A stretch of DNA of 32,000 bases, from contig CP060262.1 of assembly GCA_022646745.1 (NCBI GenBank), positions 1,860,001-1,892,000 of the forward strand. Direction: 5' to 3'. The translations under genes were made by a program, and so were the position numbers. Positions 24,464-32,000 of the stretch are shown one piece after another (position 1 is the stretch's first letter; the number at the start of each line of letters is the position of its first letter). The notes beneath the pieces were generated by a model. That model was not told the origin of the DNA, ran no database searches, and saw only the letters and a program-made list of their open reading frames with translations. Source of the stretch: Planctomycetales bacterium (lineage in GTDB: Bacteria > 4484-113 > JAFGCY01).

Positions 24464-27400
24464 ATGAAGACTCATGTGAACTGGTGTAGGCACCTCGGGC
24501 TGTCGCTCGTGGCGCTTACGTTGGTCTTCGTAGCAACTGCCTGCGGTGGAGGTGGCGGTGGCGTCACTAATGAGATGACGCTGGCGGCATCGGACACGGG
24601 CCAGTCCATTGGCAACAATGGGCGTGGCGTCGGCCAGGAGCTGACGGTCTCAGAGAACGAGATCGGCAGGCTCAGTGCTGAACAGCAGGCTTTGCTATCT
24701 GACGCGGGCTGGAACCAGCCCTACATTCCCCCCAGGGCCGGCACCCCGATCCAGGGTCCCAGCCATGAGATGCTGATGGCGCAGCTTCGTGAGATGGCTG
24801 AGCGCGGCGTTACGATGCTGCCCCGCGGCGTCGAGGGGGAAGGCACGAAGGGAGCCAGCTGGCTGGACCAGCGCGGCTTCAACCCGGGCGTTGACAGCGG
24901 CCTCGTCAAGGGCCAGTACAAGGCTGATGATACTGGCGCCAACGGCGTGCCGGACTTCGGTTGCAACGCCTCCGGTGCACTGATGGCTGACAACGGCCAG
25001 TCCGACATCGAGGACGTGATCTTCGCCTACGGCGGCAGCATGCCGGCCCAGGCGATCAGCTGGGTGGCTGAGGGCCTGTCGACCATCAACCACTTCAACA
25101 GCGTCGGTGGTGGTGGTGACGATGCGTACACCGCCGTCTACCAGCTGTTCGCTGACAGTGAAAATGCAGATCCCAACAACCAGGGAAACAATGACATCGG
25201 TGAGATCGGCTACCGTGCCGACCTCGGCCCCTACGGCATCGGTTACGGCCAGGGCAGCGGCCCCAACGGCACGCTGTGCGACGGAACCGCCTACGGTGTC
25301 CGCAATGCGTTCTGGATGACCTTCAATGAGAAGTTCTTCGGCCTGCCGAGCGGCCAGGCCACTGCGCTGTACAACATCCTGATTGCTCCCTCAGAAGAGG
25401 AGACCGCGGACCAGGTCAGCCCGATGGACACCTCCGCGAACTTCCAGACCTTCTACTTTGGCAACGTGTCCTCCTGCTACGGGGATGCGATGATCGTCGG
25501 CATCAACGCAGCTGACAGCGGTTGCGACATGTTCGACGAGGCCTCCAATGCGCCGTGGCAGGACCGTACGGCAGATGGCAACAGCTACCCGAACATCCTG
25601 CACAACCCGGTCTTCGGCGTGATCCTGGCCCGCTGGGCCGGCGGCAGCGTCAATGCCAGCAGCCAGTTCTTCGGTGAGGAGGCATATCCCAGCGGAGCCA
25701 ACATGCTCGGCTGGCCCGTGGCCCGTCCGTTCGCATACAACAACGGCGCCGCGCTGCTCAATGCCAACGGTGCCTACTACGCCTTCGGCCAGTTCTTCGA
25801 GAAGGGTTTCATGTGGTGGATCGACTACGACCAGAACAGCAACCCGACCGCGAGCGACGAAGCGCAGATGTACATCTACGACGGCAACAACACCTTCTGC
25901 GAGGGTGAGTACTCCAAGGTCGAGCCTGACGTGTTCTACGGCGGCAGCGGCGACCTCGGCGTTGCCATCACCGTGGACGGCGTGCGCTACGGTGCCGGCG
26001 ACTGGTCCGCCCCGCAGCTGTCCGACGACGGTACCTATTACCAGATCGGCATGCTGCTGGACGAGAACACCGGCATCAGCAGCGTGACCATCGCTGCCAG
26101 CGCGCACGGCTTCGGCGGTGTGACGGCTGACGGTGCCGATGTGGGCCACCCCGAGTGGGGCGCCTGCCTGTACAAGCACAGCACATGGTCATGGCGTGAC
26201 GGTACGGTCACGGCAGCCGGCACGGCCTTCGATCCGAGCCAGTTCGCCCGTACCCACACCTACAGCAGCAATGCGATCAAGACCAATGTCGAGGGTGTGT
26301 ACACGATCCGTAACCAGGTCGTGGACGCCGATGACAACATCGCCTACGGTGACAGCCTTCCGATGCACCTCGGACACGGCGGCGCCGGTGGTGGCGGTGG
26401 CGACACCGAAGTCTGGGTCATCCGCAACGACGGCGGTGACTTCCAGCTCAACCTCGACGCCCTGACCGGCGACCTTGACGCCCTTGGCGTTGGCTACAGC
26501 GTGGTCGACTACAGCGCAACCGTCGCTGACGACTTCGCTGCCAACCCGAACGCGAAGGTCGCGATCTGGTACCGTGGTGGACCGGGTGGCGCGGGTGAGT
26601 CCGCGACCTACACCACCGCCTGGACCAGCGGTGAGATGGACAACTACATCCAGCTGATGAGCGACGGCTTCGGCGTGATGCTGATGAGCCAGAACCACGG
26701 CTACGATGGAGACCTGTTCTTCACCAACGGCTGGAGTGGCATCTACGGTTATGCGACCCTGCCGGCCTCCGTCCCGGATGCCGACCGCCGCATGCCCTGG
26801 GCCTCCAGCCTGTGCACCGATGACGGTATCGGTTTCGGTGGTTCGCTTGGTTTCATCCCGACCGCCCCGAGCAACTTCATCGGTAACCCGAGCGGCGCGA
26901 ACTTCGGTGCCGACGGTACCAACGCCGCGGAGCGCTACACTGGTAGTGGTTCCTCGGGTGAGCTGCCGATCAGCTTCGGCATGGCAACCGGCCGCCAGTA
27001 CTGCGGTATCGGTTACTACAGCTCCTTCTTCGCGGGCTCCTGCGCAGGTCCGGCCTTCCGTGCCGGTATCGGCCACCAGCCCAACGCGCTTGGCTTCGAC
27101 CTGGGCTTCCTGTCCTGGGGTAACAGCCAGGCCCCGGATGCCAACATCGGCTTCTTCCCGAGCTACAGCCACAGCTTCGGCACCGGCAAGGTGTGGAACG
27201 TTGGCTACAGCTGGGCAGGCACCAGTGTGACGGCTTCCGCTTCCGGCACGATGGACCGCGCCGACCTGCTGAACAACATCCTCGGTTGGCTGGATGACAG
27301 CCTGACCTTCGGTGGTGGCGGCGGCGGTGGCGCCGGCTTCGAGGAGTACGATGGTCCTCCGGAGATCGTCTGCGTGACCCCGATCGCCTGGGACAAGGTG

Positions 27401-29473
27401 AACGGTGCTGTGACGCAGGGTACCGCCGGTGTGGGTGGCCAGAACTACCCCGACCCGAACGGTTCCAACGTCTTCGGTCCGGACATCTCGGCCGGCTTTG
27501 ACTACGCTGTTGAGTACGACACCGGCGTCCGCACCCCGGGCGACGATGACGGCGGCCTGAATGGCAACGACATGGACTTCCAGTTCCCGTTCTACGGCTT
27601 CCTGCAGTGGGACGACACCCTCGGCGCCATCCCCGGCGACGTGGAGGCTGCTGAGATCATCGATGTCAACTACAGCGGTATCGCCCTGAGCGACATCTCC
27701 GCTGACTGGACCAAGTTCTCCGCCCCCTACGGTGGTGTGTTTGATCCTTCCGCCCTCGGCCTCCGTCCGGCAGCCGCCTGGTTCCTGACCGAGACCGACA
27801 ACTTCGGTAACATCAACACCGCCAGCTACGGCGATGCCTTTGGCCCGAACCTGACCTTCAGCAATGACGACGACCTGGTTGCCACCGAGGCGATCGCGCA
27901 CTGGGCACAGGGCACGATGTACGGCGGTTCCCCGGCGTACCTCGCCTGGGCGATGTATCCCGGCCATAAGTCCGTCCAGTTCGACAACGCTGACATCGCC
28001 GTGGGTTACTACGGTGAGGGCGACGTGCTGTGGGAGGACTTCATCGCCGACCACGACATCCAGGTCGGACGTGACCTGTGGGCCTACCTGCGCAGTGACT
28101 ACTCCTTCACCACCCCCGGTGAGGGCCGCACGGTTGACTTCGACTACAACACCGTATTCGGTTTCAACGGCGACCTGAACCGCAACGGCGTGGCCGGAGA
28201 GGCCGCTGACAAGTTCCCGGTGCGTGTCCGCTTCTTCACTGATGTGGATGCCTACGACGACTACTTCGATGACCTGAACGGTTACCCGAACTTCTGGCCT
28301 GATGGCGACTCCTTCATCGAGGGTGGTTGCTACATGGTGGACAACGGACTGCCGAACTACCCGGTCAGCATCTTTGACGATTCCGACGAGGATGATCCGA
28401 AGGACACCGTCTCCGGCAGTGGCCCGGACTACAACGTCGCCCTGTACTTCGAGCTGGCCTTCGGCGTCGGCCCGTACGACGTGGAACTCGACTGGGATTA
28501 CGACTTCATCGGCTGGGGCAACAGCGGTTACACCATGACCCTGCCCAACAGCCCGTTTGCCAACAATGGCAAGCTTTCCGATGTCGTGAACGTTGACCCG
28601 ACCCCGGCTGGCGGCGACGGGGACTACTTCTTCGCCCTGCAGGTGACCGACAGTTCAGTTCCTGCTCGCACGGATGAGTTCTTCTGGCCCGATGCGGTGC
28701 CGCTGCAGCCCAGCCTGAGCTACCTTGTGGTGGATGACAGCACGCAGAGCGGTGACCTGAGCGCCAGCCAGTGCGCCACTGCCCTGACGACCATCTACGG
28801 CAGCCCCGTGTCCGTTGTCAACAGTGCCACGCTGAGCCCCGGTGACCTGAATGGTTATTCAGTGGTCGTCTGGTGCACCAACCACCGCTTCAACAACTCC
28901 GGCGGTACGGGTCCGGGAATTGTCCAGTCTGACTATGACGTGATCGCACCGTACATGGACCAGGGTGGTAACCTCGTGATGTTCTGGCCCTGCCAGGGAC
29001 CATTCAGTGGTACGACGCAGATTTACTACAACCAGGGACAGATCGACCTGTGCAAGGACTACCTCGGTTACATCAACTCGACCTTCCGGATGTACTACCG
29101 CAACGGCACATCCTCAAGCTACGATCCGCACATCACGGATAGCGGACTGAGTATCGGCCCCGGCGCGAGCAACATGAACTACATTGATCGCAACGGTTCC
29201 AACCCCGGATACTACTGCGGATACTTCAATGATTCGGACCTGACCGGTTCTGACGCGGCCTGGTCGTTCACGTCCTCCCGCCGGATCATCCAGCGTTACG
29301 ACTCAAACGGAGCTTCGGAGGGCGGAGTGGCCCTGGTCAACCAGTTCTACTTCTGGAATTCCGAAGCGACCTCCTCACTGAGCGGTTCCCCGCTTGGTGG
29401 CAGTGTCGCAGCGTCCCAGGTGATCATGTTGAAGAACATGCTCAACTACATGGACCCGCTGCTGCTGCCCTAG
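24464..29473 (+). CDS. giant (1669-aa) secreted lipoprotein with poly-Gly linkers, function unknown, copy 1
   Basis: AGGAG RBS 5 nt upstream. Lipoprotein signal LVFVATA|C followed by G6. Coding-like G/D/Y/N-rich composition. The long antisense ORFs (25391..26179, 26189..28054) are R/A/H/V-rich shadows. A terminator follows. Confidence 0.9.
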   Translation: MKTHVNWCRHLGLSLVALTLVFVATACGGGGGGVTNEMTLAASDTGQSIGNNGRGVGQELTVSENEIGRLSAEQQALLSDAGWNQPYIPPRAGTPIQGPSHEMLMAQLREMAERGVTMLPRGVEGEGTKGASWLDQRGFNPGVDSGLVKGQYKADDTGANGVPDFGCNASGALMADNGQSDIEDVIFAYGGSMPAQAISWVAEGLSTINHFNSVGGGGDDAYTAVYQLFADSENADPNNQGNNDIGEIGYRADLGPYGIGYGQGSGPNGTLCDGTAYGVRNAFWMTFNEKFFGLPSGQATALYNILIAPSEEETADQVSPMDTSANFQTFYFGNVSSCYGDAMIVGINAADSGCDMFDEASNAPWQDRTADGNSYPNILHNPVFGVILARWAGGSVNASSQFFGEEAYPSGANMLGWPVARPFAYNNGAALLNANGAYYAFGQFFEKGFMWWIDYDQNSNPTASDEAQMYIYDGNNTFCEGEYSKVEPDVFYGGSGDLGVAITVDGVRYGAGDWSAPQLSDDGTYYQIGMLLDENTGISSVTIAASAHGFGGVTADGADVGHPEWGACLYKHSTWSWRDGTVTAAGTAFDPSQFARTHTYSSNAIKTNVEGVYTIRNQVVDADDNIAYGDSLPMHLGHGGAGGGGGDTEVWVIRNDGGDFQLNLDALTGDLDALGVGYSVVDYSATVADDFAANPNAKVAIWYRGGPGGAGESATYTTAWTSGEMDNYIQLMSDGFGVMLMSQNHGYDGDLFFTNGWSGIYGYATLPASVPDADRRMPWASSLCTDDGIGFGGSLGFIPTAPSNFIGNPSGANFGADGTNAAERYTGSGSSGELPISFGMATGRQYCGIGYYSSFFAGSCAGPAFRAGIGHQPNALGFDLGFLSWGNSQAPDANIGFFPSYSHSFGTGKVWNVGYSWAGTSVTASASGTMDRADLLNNILGWLDDSLTFGGGGGGGAGFEEYDGPPEIVCVTPIAWDKVNGAVTQGTAGVGGQNYPDPNGSNVFGPDISAGFDYAVEYDTGVRTPGDDDGGLNGNDMDFQFPFYGFLQWDDTLGAIPGDVEAAEIIDVNYSGIALSDISADWTKFSAPYGGVFDPSALGLRPAAAWFLTETDNFGNINTASYGDAFGPNLTFSNDDDLVATEAIAHWAQGTMYGGSPAYLAWAMYPGHKSVQFDNADIAVGYYGEGDVLWEDFIADHDIQVGRDLWAYLRSDYSFTTPGEGRTVDFDYNTVFGFNGDLNRNGVAGEAADKFPVRVRFFTDVDAYDDYFDDLNGYPNFWPDGDSFIEGGCYMVDNGLPNYPVSIFDDSDEDDPKDTVSGSGPDYNVALYFELAFGVGPYDVELDWDYDFIGWGNSGYTMTLPNSPFANNGKLSDVVNVDPTPAGGDGDYFFALQVTDSSVPARTDEFFWPDAVPLQPSLSYLVVDDSTQSGDLSASQCATALTTIYGSPVSVVNSATLSPGDLNGYSVVVWCTNHRFNNSGGTGPGIVQSDYDVIAPYMDQGGNLVMFWPCQGPFSGTTQIYYNQGQIDLCKDYLGYINSTFRMYYRNGTSSSYDPHITDSGLSIGPGASNMNYIDRNGSNPGYYCGYFNDSDLTGSDAAWSFTSSRRIIQRYDSNGASEGGVALVNQFYFWNSEATSSLSGSPLGGSVAASQVIMLKNMLNYMDPLLLP
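25976..26644 (+). repeat. 669-bp tract identical base-for-base to 31332-32000
   Basis: Compared by hand line by line. The last mismatch is G25975 versus T31331. Identity then continues to the end of the window. Confidence 0.9.
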
Positions 29474-29514
29474 TGCAAGCTGCCTGAGCCTGGTCGGCTG
29501 AACTGACCAAACCG

Positions 29515-29544
29515 GCCCCGGAGTCACTGGCTCCGGGGCTTTTT
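29515..29544 (+). terminator. rho-independent terminator after giant gene copy 1
   Basis: GCCCCGGAG-tcactgg-CTCCGGGGC followed by TTTTT. Confidence 0.85.
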
Positions 29545-29816
29545 CATTTCCGGATGTTGCAGAGAGGAAATTCTCAGCAGATACATATAAGTAAAGTACG
29601 GTCAAGTGATCATCTGCTTAATCGGATCAATCGAACCCTTTACCTTTCCTTAACGATGGGGTTATAGTCTAGGTGCACAGCATATAGGTAAACGGGCCAA
29701 CGAACGCAGGAGGAACACGCATGCGTGTCAGTGCCTTAATGGGGCTACCTAGCGCAATCGCGCGCCATCTTCTTCGTTCTTACCCACTTTCATCCCACAC
29801 CCTTACAGGAGTTTGT

Positions 29817-32000
29817 ATGAAGACTCATGTGAACTGGTGTAAGCACCTCGGGCTAACGCTTGTGGCGCTTACGGTAGTCTTCGTAGCAGCTTCCTGCGGT
29901 GGTAACGGCGGTGGTATCTCGGCGAATGTCGAGACCCAGACCGGTACCTCCAACACCGTGATCGACGGAGGTCGTAACGGTGTTGTATCAGCGGAGCTTA
30001 CCGTCTCTGAGAATGAGATCGGCAAGCTCAGTGCTGAGCAGCAGGCACTGCTTTCAGACGCGGGCTGGAACCAGCCCTACATCGTCCCCAAGGCCGGCAC
30101 CCCGATCCAGGGCCCGAGCCATGAGATGCTGATGGCACAGCTTCGTGAGATGGCTGAGCGCGGCGTCGAGATGCTGCCCCGCGGCGTCGAGGGAGAAGGC
30201 ACGAAGGGAGCCAGCTGGCTGGACCAGCGCGGCTTCAACCCGGGCGTTGACAGTGGCCTTGTGAAGGGCCAGTACAAGCCCGCCGACACCGGCGCCAACG
30301 GCGTGCCGGACTTCGGTTGCAACGCCTCCGGTGCGCTGATGGCTGACAACGGCCAGTCCGACATCGAGGACGTGATCTTCGCCTACGGCGGCAGCATGCC
30401 GGCCCAGGCGATCAGCTGGGTGGCTGAGGGTCTGTCGACCATCAACCACTTCAACAGCGTCGGTGGTGGTGGTGACGATGCGTACACCGCCGTTTACCAG
30501 CTGTTCGCTGACAGCGAGACCGCGAACCCGAGCAACCAGGGCAACAACGACATCGGTGAGATCGGCTACCGTGCCGACCTCGGCCCCTACGGCATCGGTT
30601 ACGGCCAGGGCAGCGGCCCCAGCGGCACGCTGTGCGACGGAACCGCCTACGGTGTCCGCAATGCGTTCTGGATGACCTTCAACGAGAAGTTCTTCGCCCT
30701 GCCGAGCGGCCAGGCGACTGCCCTGTACAACGTGCTGATCGCCCCCAGCGGTGATGAGGGTGCGGACCAGGTCAGCCCGATGGACACCTCCGCAAACTTC
30801 CAGACCTTCTACTTTGGCAACGTGTCCTCCTGCTACGGGGATGCGATGATCGTCGGCATCAACGCAGCTGACAGCGGTTGCGACATGTTCGACGAGGCCT
30901 CCAATGCGCCGTGGCAGGACCGTACGGCGGATGGCAACAGCTACCCGAACATCCTGCACAACCCGATCTTCGGCGTGATCCTGGCCCGCTGGGCCGGCGG
31001 CAACGCCAACTCGGACAGCCAGTTCTTCGGCGACGGCAGCTTCCCGAGTGCGGCGAGCATCGTCGGCTGGCCCGTGGCCCGTCCGTTCGCATACAACAAC
31101 GGCGCCGCGCTGCTCAATGCCAACGGTGCCTACTACGCCTTCGGCCAGTTCTTCGAGAAGGGTTTCATGTGGTGGATCGACTACGACCAGAACAGCAACC
31201 CGACCGCGAGCGACGAAGCGCAGATGTACGTCTACGATGGCAACAACACCTTCTGCGAGGGTGAGTACTCCAAGGTCGAGCCCGACGTGTTCTACGGCGG
31301 CGCTGGCGACCTCGGTGTCGGCGTGACCGTTGACGGCGTGCGCTACGGTGCCGGCGACTGGTCCGCCCCGCAGCTGTCCGACGACGGTACCTATTACCAG
31401 ATCGGCATGCTGCTGGACGAGAACACCGGCATCAGCAGCGTGACCATCGCTGCCAGCGCGCACGGCTTCGGCGGTGTGACGGCTGACGGTGCCGATGTGG
31501 GCCACCCCGAGTGGGGCGCCTGCCTGTACAAGCACAGCACATGGTCATGGCGTGACGGTACGGTCACGGCAGCCGGCACGGCCTTCGATCCGAGCCAGTT
31601 CGCCCGTACCCACACCTACAGCAGCAATGCGATCAAGACCAATGTCGAGGGTGTGTACACGATCCGTAACCAGGTCGTGGACGCCGATGACAACATCGCC
31701 TACGGTGACAGCCTTCCGATGCACCTCGGACACGGCGGCGCCGGTGGTGGCGGTGGCGACACCGAAGTCTGGGTCATCCGCAACGACGGCGGTGACTTCC
31801 AGCTCAACCTCGACGCCCTGACCGGCGACCTTGACGCCCTTGGCGTTGGCTACAGCGTGGTCGACTACAGCGCAACCGTCGCTGACGACTTCGCTGCCAA
31901 CCCGAACGCGAAGGTCGCGATCTGGTACCGTGGTGGACCGGGTGGCGCGGGTGAGTCCGCGACCTACACCACCGCCTGGACCAGCGGTGAGATGGACAAC
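29817..32000 (+). CDS. giant lipoprotein, copy 2 (3'-truncated by the window; absent from the supplied ORF track)
   Basis: ATG at 29817 with AGGAG 5 nt upstream. It translates MKTHVNWCKHLGLTLVALTVVFVAAS|CGGNGGG... There are 728 in-frame codons to the window end with no stop. It is collinear with copy 1 (offset 5353 nt, later 5356 nt). Confidence 0.9.
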   Translation, partial: MKTHVNWCKHLGLTLVALTVVFVAASCGGNGGGISANVETQTGTSNTVIDGGRNGVVSAELTVSENEIGKLSAEQQALLSDAGWNQPYIVPKAGTPIQGPSHEMLMAQLREMAERGVEMLPRGVEGEGTKGASWLDQRGFNPGVDSGLVKGQYKPADTGANGVPDFGCNASGALMADNGQSDIEDVIFAYGGSMPAQAISWVAEGLSTINHFNSVGGGGDDAYTAVYQLFADSETANPSNQGNNDIGEIGYRADLGPYGIGYGQGSGPSGTLCDGTAYGVRNAFWMTFNEKFFALPSGQATALYNVLIAPSGDEGADQVSPMDTSANFQTFYFGNVSSCYGDAMIVGINAADSGCDMFDEASNAPWQDRTADGNSYPNILHNPIFGVILARWAGGNANSDSQFFGDGSFPSAASIVGWPVARPFAYNNGAALLNANGAYYAFGQFFEKGFMWWIDYDQNSNPTASDEAQMYVYDGNNTFCEGEYSKVEPDVFYGGAGDLGVGVTVDGVRYGAGDWSAPQLSDDGTYYQIGMLLDENTGISSVTIAASAHGFGGVTADGADVGHPEWGACLYKHSTWSWRDGTVTAAGTAFDPSQFARTHTYSSNAIKTNVEGVYTIRNQVVDADDNIAYGDSLPMHLGHGGAGGGGGDTEVWVIRNDGGDFQLNLDALTGDLDALGVGYSVVDYSATVADDFAANPNAKVAIWYRGGPGGAGESATYTTAWTSGEMDN
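31332..32000 (+). repeat. partner of the 669-bp identical tract (25976-26644)
   Basis: See the entry for 25976-26644. Confidence 0.9.

Noticed and set aside
25650-25712. Diversity-generating retroelement as the cause of the variable patches in the giant paralogs
   Set aside because: The differences are not confined to adenine positions. I see no reverse transcriptase ORF and no separate template-repeat copy in the window.
26189-28054. 621-aa (and 25391..26179, 30054..31535) ORFs on the - strand inside the giant genes
   Set aside because: These are V/A/G/R/H/T-rich translations with no signal or motif. The + strand frame is uninterrupted for 5 kb, has an RBS, a lipoprotein signal and a terminator, and is duplicated in frame.

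Overview
High-GC bacterial chromosomal window (roughly 60-65% GC by eye). I call 21 protein-coding genes plus one decayed gene. I saw no rRNA, tRNA, CRISPR array, transposase or integrase. Gene order, left to right: a 5'-truncated TPR-TIR protein; a lower-GC secreted orphan; a PatA/YgjG-like aminotransferase; an HMA metallochaperone divergent from an ECF sigma / putative anti-sigma pair; a 43-aa lipoprotein mini-gene; an orphan hypothetical; urocanase (hutU) on its own; a DUF1801 protein; three DinB-family paralogs interrupted by a beta-propeller protein; an FAD amine-oxidase-like enzyme; a short SLH protein; a ~1.6-kb low-GC cassette (GIY-YIG nuclease remnant plus a tightly coupled ORF) bracketed by direct copies of a 37-nt element; a three-domain DsbD-type reductase plus an 11-haem cytochrome c. 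The window ends with a tandem pair of giant Gly-linker lipoproteins with no catalytic domain I can recognise. The first is 1669 aa. The second runs off the window and is missing from the supplied ORF track. The two copies share a 669-bp tract that is 100% identical. Almost every intergenic region is filled with hairpins built from short iterated words, and the same words recur at different loci. Best candidates for something undescribed: the giant tandem paralogs next to the redox genes, the TPR-TIR protein, the bracketed low-GC cassette, and the word-palindrome family. All homology statements come from motif recognition by eye; no database search, folding or GC computation was run.
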